Assembly: GCA_964635715.1 (NCBI GenBank)
Contig: CAZWNZ010000003.1
Span: 37,153-101,152 of the forward strand
Source of the DNA: an uncultured Gammaproteobacteria bacterium
Lineage (GTDB): Bacteria > Patescibacteriota > Microgenomatia > UBA8517
Length of the DNA stretch: 64,000 nt
Reading direction: 5' to 3'
Positions 46,658-57,014 of this stretch are shown piece by piece (the stretch's first letter is position 1; every line of letters starts with the position of its first letter). The notes beneath the pieces are model-generated. The model had not been told where the DNA came from. It did no database searches and worked only from the letters and a program-made list of their open reading frames with translations. A program made the position numbers and the translations under genes.

Positions 46658-47815
46658 ATGATTCAAATCACCAAATCAAAAAGAATAACAATAAGTTTCA
46701 TTGTAAGTTTGTTTATATTTTTATTATTTATGACAATAAACACAAAAGTTAAAGGACAGGTTGTTATAAATGAATTTCAATTGAGTCCGTCCAACGAACA
46801 ATGGATTGAACTCTACAATAAAGGTGAAGATTCTGAAAATTTGTCTGGATGGATAATTGATGATAATGGTGGAAGTAGCGGTGTTTATACAATTCCCTCA
46901 GATACATACCTGTTGCCAAATAAATGCCTCTCCTTTAAAGGCACCTTTAACTGGAATGTATCTAGCCAAGACATAGTTAGACTTATTCAGCCTTCTGGCG
47001 TATTTGAATCATATTCTTATTTAAAATCTCCTGGAGATTATGTAAGCATAGGGCGAATAGTGGATGGTGATGGCGACTTTACCATACTTGGTTTGCAATC
47101 AAGAGATAAATATAATTCGAATGGAGAAAGTTGCTTAATGCCAGTTTCAACACCGTCTCCATTACCCTCTCCGATATTGACCCCATCTCCGACTATTTCA
47201 CCAACTTCCCCAAAAGCTGTTTATAAAATTAACCAACCAAAAGACAATGATGGAAATGATCTCTCGAGCGTTAAAATTTATGTCGATGGTAACTACACTC
47301 ATCATGAAGATGAAGAAGTTCTTCAGTTTTTTGATGGGCATAAATGTAGCTCCGATGTTTTATGTGGTTTGGGTACTCACACAATCAGTTTAAAGAAAGA
47401 TGGCTTTTCGACTTGGGAAGACACGCAGGATTTGCTAGCAGGAGTAAATTTGGAAGTAAATCCTGTTTTAGACAAGTTAAGCACAGCCCTACCTACAGCC
47501 TCGCCTACCGTTTCACCAATTTCGACAAAAACTCCGAAGCCAACTCCAACAAAAACACCATCACCAACCGATGTTGCAGCTTCAGAGTCTGCGGTTTTGG
47601 GAATTCATGAAAGTTTTTTAAAAACTACAGATCCAAGTCAGGAAGCCATACAAAAAAGTGAAGGGAAAGCTCCTATTCTACCCATTATTTTAGTTTTTGC
47701 AGGTTTGTGCTTTATAGCTATCCCTATTTTTAGTATTATTAAGAATGGCCAAAAAAGTTCTGAGACTCATAAACCTTTGGATTCCTCCGATTCTTTGGGC
47801 AGCAATGATATATAA
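46658..47815 (+). CDS. Lamin-tail domain surface protein with PEGA-like domain and C-terminal TM
   Basis: VVINEF...WIELYN...LSGW.I.D; IYVDG...GTHTISLKKDGF. Confidence 0.8.
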   Translation: MIQITKSKRITISFIVSLFIFLLFMTINTKVKGQVVINEFQLSPSNEQWIELYNKGEDSENLSGWIIDDNGGSSGVYTIPSDTYLLPNKCLSFKGTFNWNVSSQDIVRLIQPSGVFESYSYLKSPGDYVSIGRIVDGDGDFTILGLQSRDKYNSNGESCLMPVSTPSPLPSPILTPSPTISPTSPKAVYKINQPKDNDGNDLSSVKIYVDGNYTHHEDEEVLQFFDGHKCSSDVLCGLGTHTISLKKDGFSTWEDTQDLLAGVNLEVNPVLDKLSTALPTASPTVSPISTKTPKPTPTKTPSPTDVAASESAVLGIHESFLKTTDPSQEAIQKSEGKAPILPIILVFAGLCFIAIPIFSIIKNGQKSSETHKPLDSSDSLGSNDI

Positions 47816-48167
47816 ATTTTCCTCAGGAAGCATTCCTAAAGCTTCGGAATCTTATTGGCTGGATTTTGTTATCAAAAAAATAGGTCATATGATTCTTTTT
47901 GCCACTTTGGCAATTCTTAATTACCGTGCTCTAATTGGTGAGGGTGTTGAAAGAAAAAAAGCTGCAATTTGGGCAGTTGCTGGATCATTTTTGTATGGAG
48001 TTTCAGACGAAATTCATCAGATGTTTACACAAGGCAGGGAAGCAAAGCCGAGGGATGTTGCGATAGACGGGGTTGGCGCCGGAATAGCAATTTATATAAT
48101 TTATAAATATGTTTTAAAGCTCCCTAAAGGATTGCGTGACTTATTGGCGAAAGTTGGGATAAAATAA
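47745..48167 (+). CDS. VanZ family protein
   Basis: KKIGH, YGVSDEIHQ.F..GR...D. Confidence 0.9.
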   Translation: MAKKVLRLINLWIPPILWAAMIYKFSSGSIPKASESYWLDFVIKKIGHMILFATLAILNYRALIGEGVERKKAAIWAVAGSFLYGVSDEIHQMFTQGREAKPRDVAIDGVGAGIAIYIIYKYVLKLPKGLRDLLAKVGIK

Positions 48168-48171
48168 CGTT

Positions 48172-49164
48172 ATGTCGAAAATACTGGTAACAGGTGGTGC
48201 GGGCTACATAGGTTCGTTTATGGTTCGTGAACTTCAAAGTAAGGGGTTTGACCCAGTAATAGTTGATAATTTGTCTCAGGGCCATAGACAGGCAGTCAAA
48301 GATTTTAGATTGGAAAATATTGATTTGGTTAGTGAAAAAGAGAAACTTGATACCCTTTTGGCTTCAGAGAAATTTGACGGAGTAGTACATATGGCTAGCT
48401 TTATTCAAATGGGTGAGTCCTATAAAGACCCGGGGAAATATTATAGAAATAACGTTTACGGATTTATGAACTTGCTTGATTCCATGAGAAATGGAGGTGT
48501 AAATAAAATTATTATTTCCAGCAGTGCAGGCGTTTATGGCAATCCAGTTAAACTTCCCATAGAAGAAAATGATCCTAAAAATCCGCTTAATCCTTATGGA
48601 GAAACAAAATATATTTTAGAGCGCATGCTGGAAGACTATGATGCCGCTTATGGCATTAAATTTATCAGTATACGTTACTTTAATGCTGCAGGTGCGGCTC
48701 TTGATGGAAGTATTGGTGAGGATCACCCGTTGGAGAGCCATCTTATCCCTAACATTATTAAAAAAGCTTTGAAAGGTGAAGAAATTGAAATTTTTGGTAA
48801 TGATTACAACACCCCCGATGGAACAAATATTCGTGATTATATCCATGTTTTGGATCTTGTTGAAACACATTCAATAGCAATACAAAAGCTAATTGAAGGA
48901 GCGGGTAGCAATTTTTACAATGCAGGTATAGGCAGAGGTTATTCGAACAAAGAAATATTAGATACAGTTCGACAATCAATGGGGATTGATCTGAAGATTA
49001 AATATGTACCCAGAAGGCAAGGGGATGCAGATGCGCTTTTTGCATCAATTGAAAAAATTCAAAAAGATTTTTCTTGGACACCTAAATATGGAATAAAAGA
49101 AATAGTGGAAACTGCACTTACCTGGCATAAAAGTCATCCTTCAGGATATGCTAATATGGATTAG
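48172..49164 (+). CDS. galE: UDP-glucose 4-epimerase
   Basis: GGAGYIGS, YGETK, RYFNAAGA, IRDYIHV. Confidence 0.95.
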   Translation: MSKILVTGGAGYIGSFMVRELQSKGFDPVIVDNLSQGHRQAVKDFRLENIDLVSEKEKLDTLLASEKFDGVVHMASFIQMGESYKDPGKYYRNNVYGFMNLLDSMRNGGVNKIIISSSAGVYGNPVKLPIEENDPKNPLNPYGETKYILERMLEDYDAAYGIKFISIRYFNAAGAALDGSIGEDHPLESHLIPNIIKKALKGEEIEIFGNDYNTPDGTNIRDYIHVLDLVETHSIAIQKLIEGAGSNFYNAGIGRGYSNKEILDTVRQSMGIDLKIKYVPRRQGDADALFASIEKIQKDFSWTPKYGIKEIVETALTWHKSHPSGYANMD

Positions 49165-49184
49165 TAGTTATTTTGTTTTATGCC

Positions 49185-50132
49185 ATGAAATTTATCCATT
49201 TTGTAAGACATCTTTTTGTTCCTTATGTAAGCAATAATCAGAAAGCAAAGCTTCTACACCCTATCAGTCTTTTTGTAATAGCACTGGTTTTGGTTAGCTT
49301 TCAGTTTGTGCTTACTTTTGCCGGTAAATCATTCCCGAGAGTATTGGGATATGCGGCAAATATTTCTCCGGGGGAGGTTATAAGGCTTACCAATGTGGAA
49401 AGGTCAAATAACGGACTGGCTCCTTTGGCATCAAATGATGTGCTTTCTCAGGCAGCAATAGCTAAAGGAAATGATATGTTGGCTAAAGGCTATTGGGCAC
49501 ATTTTGCACCTGACGGAACATCTCCTTGGACGTTTTTTTTAAATTTTGGATACAAATATAGGTATGCAGGAGAGAACCTTGCTCGTGACTTTGCGGATGC
49601 GGGAAGTGCAGTAAATGCCTGGATGAATTCTCCTACACATCGCGAAAATATTTTAAATGCAAACTACCAGGAAATAGGAATAGGCGTTGTTGAAGGGAGT
49701 CTGGCGGGAGTCGATACCACAATAATTGTTCAATTTTTTGGTACGCCTTTAGAAAATACAGCTGCTAATATTCCACAGGCCAAAGCTCAGGATGTAGCTT
49801 CTGTTGCAACAGCAAAAAATTCGGTGGTGCCTAAACCAACAACAACACCTTCCCCAACGCCGATACCAACTCCGACTGCTACGCCGATTCCGGAGCCTGA
49901 GCAAATAGTGAATGCAACCAGTTCGTCTATCACTTTTGTTTCACCGTTTTCTTCTACAAAAGGCATTTCACTTTTAGTTACGGGTTTGCTTTTGATGCTT
50001 TTGTCGATTGATTTTGTTGTGGTAAAGCGTAATAAAATTATCAGAACCGGAGGTAGAACTCTTGCACACATAGCTTTTCTGGGAATGATTTTGGCGGTTA
50101 TTTTAATATTAAAGGCGGGGCAAATAATATAA
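49185..50132 (+). CDS. CAP (SCP) domain protein
   Basis: GENLA, AWMNSPTHRENIL, EIGIG. Confidence 0.92.
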   Translation: MKFIHFVRHLFVPYVSNNQKAKLLHPISLFVIALVLVSFQFVLTFAGKSFPRVLGYAANISPGEVIRLTNVERSNNGLAPLASNDVLSQAAIAKGNDMLAKGYWAHFAPDGTSPWTFFLNFGYKYRYAGENLARDFADAGSAVNAWMNSPTHRENILNANYQEIGIGVVEGSLAGVDTTIIVQFFGTPLENTAANIPQAKAQDVASVATAKNSVVPKPTTTPSPTPIPTPTATPIPEPEQIVNATSSSITFVSPFSSTKGISLLVTGLLLMLLSIDFVVVKRNKIIRTGGRTLAHIAFLGMILAVILILKAGQII

Positions 50133-50147
50133 TATAGTAAATAAAAT

Positions 50148-50408
50148 ATGAAAGCATTTCTTAAAGATTTAAGTCACTATATGGTTCTTTTTGGGATACT
50201 TTTAGCCGGTTTTACCGGATTAATTCTTTTTTCTTACGATAAGTCTTACCAGGTAGCAGTCTCAGGTGCTCTGGTTTTGTCTTATATATCATGGGGAATA
50301 GTACATCACTACCTTCACAGAGATTTACATCTGGAGACGGTGATTGAATATGCAGTGGTGGGTATTTTGGGATTTGTGATAATCTTTTCTCTAATAATTA
50401 GGACGTGA
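50148..50408 (+). CDS. Small membrane protein
   Basis: Three TM helices; Y..WGIVHH...EY. Confidence 0.7.
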   Translation: MKAFLKDLSHYMVLFGILLAGFTGLILFSYDKSYQVAVSGALVLSYISWGIVHHYLHRDLHLETVIEYAVVGILGFVIIFSLIIRT

Positions 50409-50447
50409 ATTTGACACTGGATACATGATATACTTCTTCTTAACTCG

Positions 50448-51353
50448 ATGGGAACAAGTAATCTAAAAAAAGTAACAAAAGCGGTTATCCCGGCAGCTGG
50501 CTTTGGAACGCGTTTTCTTCCCCAAACTAAAGCGATGCCTAAAGAGATGCTTCCGATTGTTGATAAGCCGGTAATTCAGTATGTTGTTGAAGAGCTTGTT
50601 GAGGCTGGAATCAAAGATATTGTTATAGTAACAGGCTACCATAAACGTACAATTGAAGATCATTTTGATTTCCCCAATTTGGATCTTATCGAAAATCTTA
50701 AGATGGGTGGAGAAAAAAAGAAGCCTCTTTTGGAACAAGTTGAGAAAATTGCCAATATGGCAAATTTTGTATATGTCAGACAAAAAGGGCCATATGGCAA
50801 CGGCACACCTCTTTTGAACGCTAGACAAATTATTGGAGACGAACCGTTTATTTACGCATGGAGCGACGATTTTATTGTAGCAGAACCATCAAGGTTTAAA
50901 CAACTTATTAAAACTTATGAAAAGTATGGCTATAGCTGTATGTCCGGAATAAAAGCGAATAAAGATGAAGATTATGATAGATATGGTTTTGTCGGTGGTC
51001 ATGAGTTGGAAAAAGGAGTAATTGATGCAGAAGTGATTGTTGAAAAACCAGGTAAAGAGAACGCACCTAGCGATTTGGCTACGGTTTCAGGGTTTTTATT
51101 TACGCCGGATATTTTCAATTATCTTGACAAAGCCATGGAAAGGCTTAATGGTGGTCAAGAATTTTATTACAACGATGCTCTTAAATTAATGCTTGAGGAT
51201 GGCAAGCATGTTTTGGGAGTCGAGATTGTTAACGGAAAGTATTATGACACCGGTAATAAGCTTGAATATCTTAAAACTGTGGTTGAATTCGCTCTAAAAC
51301 ACCCCGACATGAACGGAAAATTCAGGGAATATCTTAAAACTCTTGACCTTTAA
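50448..51353 (+). CDS. galU: UTP--glucose-1-phosphate uridylyltransferase-like
   Basis: AVIPAAGFGTRFLPQTKAMPKEMLP, VEKP. Confidence 0.9.
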   Translation: MGTSNLKKVTKAVIPAAGFGTRFLPQTKAMPKEMLPIVDKPVIQYVVEELVEAGIKDIVIVTGYHKRTIEDHFDFPNLDLIENLKMGGEKKKPLLEQVEKIANMANFVYVRQKGPYGNGTPLLNARQIIGDEPFIYAWSDDFIVAEPSRFKQLIKTYEKYGYSCMSGIKANKDEDYDRYGFVGGHELEKGVIDAEVIVEKPGKENAPSDLATVSGFLFTPDIFNYLDKAMERLNGGQEFYYNDALKLMLEDGKHVLGVEIVNGKYYDTGNKLEYLKTVVEFALKHPDMNGKFREYLKTLDL

Positions 51354-51355
51354 AT

Positions 51356-53278
51356 ATGAAGCTACTTGTAACAGGTGCGGCGGGATTTATTGGCGCAAAT
51401 TTTGTCCACTATTGGCTGGAAAAATACCCAAATGATGAAGTAAGGGTAATCGATGCTTTGACGTACGCCGGGAATATTGAAAATTTATCTCCTGTAATTA
51501 AAAAAATTAAGTTTTTTGAAGCTGATATTAATGATAGGGTAAAAGTATCTGAGGCAATGAAAGGGGTGGATGTGGTTGTTCATTTTGCGGCAGAAAGTCA
51601 TGTTGACAGGAGTGTTTTTGACCCCAGTAGATATTGGCAGACAAATGTTCATGGTACCTTGACCCTTCTTGAAGAGGCCCAAAAGTTGGGAATTAATAGA
51701 TTTCATCATATTTCAACAGATGAAGTATATGGTGAATTGCCTTTGGGTACAGATGAAAAATTTAGTGAAGAAACTCCCTATGCTCCGCGCCCCGACAATT
51801 TGTATGCTCTTAGCAAAGCAGAAGCCGATAAAGTGGTAATGGATTTTTATCAGAGAACGGGGATGTATATTACGATTTCAAATTGTTCCAATAATTACGG
51901 TCCATATCAATTTCCCGAGAAATTTATTCCAATTGTCGTTACTAATTTAATTGACGGAATACAAGTTCCTGTACATGGAGATGGTCGAAATGAAAGGGAT
52001 TGGATACATACAATGGATCATGCTTCAGCAATAGATCTTATTTTACAAAAAGGCAAAAGAGGAGAGACTTATCTGGTTGGTTCCAACAATGATAGAAATA
52101 ACGATTATATAGCCAGAAAAGTGGTTGAGCTTTATGGAAAGGATGATAGCGTTATTCGTCATGTACCGGATAGACACAGTAACGATAGACGCTATGCAAT
52201 TAATGCCACAAAAATTATTACAGATCTTGGTTGGAAACCAAAGATCGGCCGTGACAATTTTGATGACGGTTTGAAGGAAACTATAAAATGGTATAAAGAA
52301 AACCAGGATTGGTGGCGCCCGCTTCTGAAAAGACGGGCTCTTATAACCGATGACGAGAAAACCATCAGTGCTTTTATTACTTTAGACCGTGAAACCGGAA
52401 AAACTAAGTTCATTTTTGGAAAGCTTCAAGACCAAGATAAGATAAAACTTCCGGAAAGCGACCTCAAAGAACATTTTGTTGAGGAAAACCTTGTTCGCTA
52501 TGAAATTGTTGAGAAAAATATTCAGTCTAAAAAATGGTATCAGGCAAGTAGTGAAGAAATTAAAAAAGAAATACATGCTTTAGCTATGAACCCTTCAACT
52601 TTTGGGTATGTTGAAGATTTGGCAATGAGGGAAGATAAAATTGACGGAGATACACTTTTGAAACTAACCAAAATAGTTCACGGTGACGCTGAATATGGTA
52701 TTTATGGAATCGGCACATGGTTTGAAGTTGAAAACAAAAAGAAAGAAAGAAGAATGGAGGGTTATTATTCGTGGGGTTGGGGACCTAAGTCCGGCGCAAA
52801 ACTTCTCGTTCTCATTAAAAGACATGGTGAGATAACTCATTTTGCATTTCAAAGAGAGGCAAAATTCCCGACAGGTTCGGTAGTTTACAATCTTGCCGGA
52901 GGGTTCCCTAGATTGAACGAAAGTGTTTTGAATTTCATTATCCGCTCTCTTAAAAAAGATTTAAATCTTAATGTTAAGGATGGTGATGTAACCTTGACTG
53001 AAATAGTTAGTCTTGGCCGTGTTGTTCCAGATTCAGGTATGACAAACAATCACCCAAATCTGTATGCAATAATATTGGAACTTGGGGATTCAAAATTCCC
53101 TGAGGTTCAAGCAGGAGACAAATTTGAAGAAGGCGAAGGTATTGTCCTTTGGCCTATAAGTGAAGTTTCGGAGATTGTTAGTAAATGTGACGATTCTTAC
53201 TTTTTGTCTGCCATATCCAGACTAACTCTATCCGGAATATATACAATAAATTTATCGGTAAATAATAAAAAAGAATAA
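51356..53278 (+). CDS. rmlB: dTDP-glucose 4,6-dehydratase fused to ~300-aa C-terminal region ending in a degenerate Nudix-like domain
   Basis: GAAGFIG, AAESHVDRS, STDEVYG, YALSK, NNYGPYQFPEK; C-terminal LAGGF...E...LG.V.PDSG. Confidence 0.88.
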   Translation: MKLLVTGAAGFIGANFVHYWLEKYPNDEVRVIDALTYAGNIENLSPVIKKIKFFEADINDRVKVSEAMKGVDVVVHFAAESHVDRSVFDPSRYWQTNVHGTLTLLEEAQKLGINRFHHISTDEVYGELPLGTDEKFSEETPYAPRPDNLYALSKAEADKVVMDFYQRTGMYITISNCSNNYGPYQFPEKFIPIVVTNLIDGIQVPVHGDGRNERDWIHTMDHASAIDLILQKGKRGETYLVGSNNDRNNDYIARKVVELYGKDDSVIRHVPDRHSNDRRYAINATKIITDLGWKPKIGRDNFDDGLKETIKWYKENQDWWRPLLKRRALITDDEKTISAFITLDRETGKTKFIFGKLQDQDKIKLPESDLKEHFVEENLVRYEIVEKNIQSKKWYQASSEEIKKEIHALAMNPSTFGYVEDLAMREDKIDGDTLLKLTKIVHGDAEYGIYGIGTWFEVENKKKERRMEGYYSWGWGPKSGAKLLVLIKRHGEITHFAFQREAKFPTGSVVYNLAGGFPRLNESVLNFIIRSLKKDLNLNVKDGDVTLTEIVSLGRVVPDSGMTNNHPNLYAIILELGDSKFPEVQAGDKFEEGEGIVLWPISEVSEIVSKCDDSYFLSAISRLTLSGIYTINLSVNNKKE

Positions 53279-53847
53279 TGGGATCACAAAATATAATAAA
53301 AACCTCAATTGAGGGAGTAGTCTTGGTCCAAAGACCAATAAAAACTGATAATAGAGGTTTTTTTCACGAAATTTTTCGAAAAGAAGAACTTAAAGAGGCA
53401 ACGGGGGTTGGATTTGATCCGATCCAATGGAGTCATTCAATGAGCCATCCCGGAGTAATCCGTGCGGTTCATACTGAAAACTGGAATAAGCTTATCTACC
53501 CTGTTACGGGAATTTTGTATGCCCCAATCGTAGATCTGAGACCGGAGTCAAAAACATTTGGTAAGACTGAATACATAACTATTGATAATACTAAAGAGGA
53601 TTCTCCCCGCCGGGCGATATTTTTACCAAAAGGGGGAATTGGAAATTCCATTTGTGCTTTGGGGGACTATGACCTTCATTATTTGTATCTGGTTGACGAA
53701 TATTGGGATGACTCAAAAGCAAAAGGTGTTGCCTGGGACGATCCTGACTTGAATATTCAATGGCCTGTAGACAGTCCTATTCTATCGGAGCGTGATAGAA
53801 ATAATCCTACCCTGAGGGAAATGTTTCCTGATAAATTTACTCAATGA
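53278..53847 (+). CDS. rmlC: dTDP-4-dehydrorhamnose 3,5-epimerase
   Basis: DNRGFF.E, VIRAVH, VDLRPES.TFG, WDDPDL.I.WP. Confidence 0.9.
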   Translation: MGSQNIIKTSIEGVVLVQRPIKTDNRGFFHEIFRKEELKEATGVGFDPIQWSHSMSHPGVIRAVHTENWNKLIYPVTGILYAPIVDLRPESKTFGKTEYITIDNTKEDSPRRAIFLPKGGIGNSICALGDYDLHYLYLVDEYWDDSKAKGVAWDDPDLNIQWPVDSPILSERDRNNPTLREMFPDKFTQ

Positions 53848-54746
53848 AAAAAATATTAATAATTGGAGGCAGCGGCATGGTTGCTTCAAGGTTTGTCGAT
53901 CTTATGAAGGACAAATATGAGATTACCGTTTCTGACGAGAAAACATTGGATATTACCAACAAAGAAGCTGTAATAAATTATTTTGACATAAGTACATTTG
54001 AAAAGGTTATTAATTTCGCTGCATTCACAAATGTTGATGGGGCAGAAGCTCAAAGAGGAGATGAAACCGGATTGGTGTGGAATTTGAATGTTGAAGGACC
54101 AAGGTATTTATCCGAGGTTTGTAAAAATAAAAATATATTTTTGATACACATTTCCACAGACTTTATTTTTCCAGGTAGCGAAGTGAACCCTGGTCCCTAT
54201 TCTGAAGATGCCGAGCTGCCAAGTGGTTTAGATGACAAGATGGGGTGGTACGGTTGGACCAAAAACAGAGCAGAAAAAGTGGTTTCCGAATCTGGCTGCA
54301 AGTATGCAATTGTAAGATATGGATATCCATTTAGAGCCTCGGAGTATGATATAAAGAAAGATTGGGCAAGAAATTTACTCGGGTTATATAACGAACAAAA
54401 ATTGTACCCTCTTTTTGCCGACCAGATTCAAAGCGTAATGTTTATTGATGATTTAGCCTTGCCACTTAGTAAAATTATAGATGACGAAATTCAAGGTGTT
54501 TTTCACTTGGTTTCCAAAGATACAACGACTCCGTACGAAATAGGTTCCTATTTATTAGAAAAGTATGTTGGAAAACCGGTGGAACTTCAAAAAGGTTCAA
54601 TGATTGAATTTTTAAAAGCTCCCGGCAGAACTCCAAGGCCAAGATTGGGTGGACTCAAGGTTGAAAAGACTGAAGAAACTCTGGGTGTAGAAATGCCGAC
54701 TTGGAAAGAAATGATTGATAAATTTATAGATCAGATTAAAAAATAA
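53844..54746 (+). CDS. rmlD: dTDP-4-dehydrorhamnose reductase
   Basis: GGSGMV, AAFTNVD.AE, HISTDFIF, YGWTK. Confidence 0.9.
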   Translation: MKKILIIGGSGMVASRFVDLMKDKYEITVSDEKTLDITNKEAVINYFDISTFEKVINFAAFTNVDGAEAQRGDETGLVWNLNVEGPRYLSEVCKNKNIFLIHISTDFIFPGSEVNPGPYSEDAELPSGLDDKMGWYGWTKNRAEKVVSESGCKYAIVRYGYPFRASEYDIKKDWARNLLGLYNEQKLYPLFADQIQSVMFIDDLALPLSKIIDDEIQGVFHLVSKDTTTPYEIGSYLLEKYVGKPVELQKGSMIEFLKAPGRTPRPRLGGLKVEKTEETLGVEMPTWKEMIDKFIDQIKK

Positions 54747-54748
54747 AT

Positions 54749-55381
54749 TTAAGTTCTTTCAGCTCTCCACTTTTTTATTTCTGCATGATTCCCCGAAAGA
54801 AGGACTTTTGGGACACCCCATTTTCCATACTTATCAGGTCTTGTATATTGGGGATATTCTAAGTATCCGGGTTCTTTGTGTGACTCGTCGGCAGATGATT
54901 CATCTTTTCCCAAAACTCCGGGAAGCAAGCGGATTATTGAATCAACTAGAACCATAGAGGGAATTTCCCCTCCAGTTAGTACGTAGTCACCAATTGATAT
55001 TACTTCATCAACAAGGTGTTCATGGACCCTATGATCGACCCCTTCGTAATGTCCGGCGATTAAAATTAAATGTTTCGTGTTTGAAAGTTTTTTTGCTTTG
55101 CCTTGAGTAAACCTTTCACCAGTAGCATCAAGAAGTATTACTTTTGAATCTTTGGTTTTTATATCTTTAAGTGCGGCATCGATTATATCAACCCTTAGAA
55201 CCATTCCAACTCCTCCCCCATAAGGTCTGTCGTCTACATTTTTTCGATCAGTTTCACCCCAATCACGTAGATTATGTACTTTAATATCAATCAAACCTTT
55301 ACTCTCTGCACGTTTGATTATTGAGGCATCAAAAGGACCCTTAAACATGTCCGGAAAAAGAGTGATGATATCAATTTTCAT
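54749..55381 (-). CDS. trmD: tRNA (guanine-N1)-methyltransferase
   Basis: DDRPYGGGVGM, GHYEGVD, SIGDYVLTGGE. Confidence 0.98.
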   Translation of the reverse strand: MKIDIITLFPDMFKGPFDASIIKRAESKGLIDIKVHNLRDWGETDRKNVDDRPYGGGVGMVLRVDIIDAALKDIKTKDSKVILLDATGERFTQGKAKKLSNTKHLILIAGHYEGVDHRVHEHLVDEVISIGDYVLTGGEIPSMVLVDSIIRLLPGVLGKDESSADESHKEPGYLEYPQYTRPDKYGKWGVPKVLLSGNHAEIKKWRAERT

Positions 55382-55403
55382 ATGTGTATTGTATCATTTA
55401 TGT

Positions 55404-56567
55404 ATGGACAAAGTCGTGATTGTCATGCCTGCATATAAAGAACTGGAAAACCTTAGACTTATGATTCCAGAGCTTCTTGAAAAGTATTTCCCTGAAATAA
55501 CAGGCGCTGAAATGCACCTTCTTGTAGTTAATGATTTACCGCTTGGTGGAGGGCAGGGGGACGGCTCGGGAAATTTTATTCGTGAGGAGATGAAGAAATA
55601 TAAGAATCTTCACATTCTTGAAGGAGAAAAACAGGGTCTTGGATGGGCCTACATTAAAGGGTTTACCTATGCAATGAAGGAACTTGGTGCCGACGCAGTG
55701 ATGGAAATGGACGCAGATTTCCAGCATCCTCCTCGCTTTGTGAAGCCAATGGTTGAAGCCTATCTTAATGGTGCAGATTATTGTATAGGTAGTCGTTATA
55801 TTAAGGGAGGTTCTGTTCCAAAAGAATGGGCACTTTCTAGAAAAATAGTTAGTTACTTTGGAAACCTTTTTATAAGAATTTGTTTACTCAATTTCAAGTA
55901 CCACGATTTTACAACTGGTTTTAGATTGACAAGAATTAAGGGGGTTATGGATCATATAGATTTACCAAATCTAATGGAACCAACAAGGTTTGCTCATAAG
56001 ACGGATCTTTTATATCAAAGTCTTAAGTTGTCCAAAAAGACCGTGGAAGTTCCACTTGAATTTGCCTCCAGAACAAAGGAACAATCAAAGTTTAGCTGGA
56101 TAGAATTTGTAACATCTCTTAAAGTAGCAATCATTTTAGGAGTCAAAGACAAGATAAGGTTTGTGAAATTTGGCGTTGTTGGTGGTACGGGGTTTGTTGT
56201 CAATTATGTAGGATTAGAACTTCTCAGCCGTCTTGGACTTTCCACATACTTAGCCACATTGTTTGCAACAGAAGCTTCGATAATTTCAAATTTTATCCTG
56301 AATAACATCTGGACATTTAAAGATAAGACGATAACATCATTCAAAGGTTTGGTCGTCCAGTTTTTGAAGTTTAATTTTTCTTCGCTGTTTGCGGTTATAG
56401 TTCAACCGCTAATCGTGTCCGGAGTTTCAAAATGGTTAGGAGACACATCGTTGGTACATTTCGGAGCGCTTGTGTTTGCGCTTATTTTTGTAATTGTTCC
56501 TTACAACTACACGGTTTACAACTTATTCATCTGGCGAACTTGGAAACTTCCTTGGAAGAAGAATTAG
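55404..56567 (+). CDS. GT2 polyprenol-phosphate glycosyltransferase fused to GtrA domain
   Basis: MPAYKE, MDADFQH, GSRY; C-terminal KFGVVG...NFILN..WTF. Confidence 0.88.
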   Translation: MDKVVIVMPAYKELENLRLMIPELLEKYFPEITGAEMHLLVVNDLPLGGGQGDGSGNFIREEMKKYKNLHILEGEKQGLGWAYIKGFTYAMKELGADAVMEMDADFQHPPRFVKPMVEAYLNGADYCIGSRYIKGGSVPKEWALSRKIVSYFGNLFIRICLLNFKYHDFTTGFRLTRIKGVMDHIDLPNLMEPTRFAHKTDLLYQSLKLSKKTVEVPLEFASRTKEQSKFSWIEFVTSLKVAIILGVKDKIRFVKFGVVGGTGFVVNYVGLELLSRLGLSTYLATLFATEASIISNFILNNIWTFKDKTITSFKGLVVQFLKFNFSSLFAVIVQPLIVSGVSKWLGDTSLVHFGALVFALIFVIVPYNYTVYNLFIWRTWKLPWKKN

Positions 56568-56932
56568 ACTGCAACCCCGGAATTTTGATAAATAACGCCT
56601 GAAAGGACATTTATTTCGATCGTATTAGAAACCTGATTATTAATTTCTTGACCCGTCATTTCCCGGTCGATTTCGGACTTTATCATCTCTGAGTAATTTC
56701 TTACCTCTCGATATAAATATGAACTGGAATCGCCGTTATAAATTGGACAGGTGACAATAGCGGATTGGTTTATTTCGTCGGGCTGTTTTGAGGCCGTATG
56801 ATTATTTCCGTATATTCTGCAATCTGGGCAAACTTCCCGTGGGGGGAAATGTTTTTCTAAACAATGGGGACATTCAGTTCCGGTTAATGAGTATCTTTGT
56901 CTGTTTAGTCTCCAATGCCTTGGATTTTCCAT
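56564..56932 (-). CDS. Zn-ribbon protein (DUF35 N-terminal type)
   Basis: WR...RY.L.G..CPHC...FPPR.VCP.C. Confidence 0.7.
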   Translation of the reverse strand: MENPRHWRLNRQRYSLTGTECPHCLEKHFPPREVCPDCRIYGNNHTASKQPDEINQSAIVTCPIYNGDSSSYLYREVRNYSEMIKSEIDREMTGQEINNQVSNTIEINVLSGVIYQNSGVAV

Positions 56933-57014
56933 CGTACATAGTTAGTCTTAAATTTTTGTTTTACCCCACGCACCGATCATTGAATATCTGTTCACTTAAT
57001 ATCTTGTTGTCTTG

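Noticed and set aside
47150-47570. Pro/Thr/Ser low-complexity repeats (also ~8940-9080 and ~49830-49900)
   Set aside because: Ordinary linkers of surface proteins, not DNA repeat elements.
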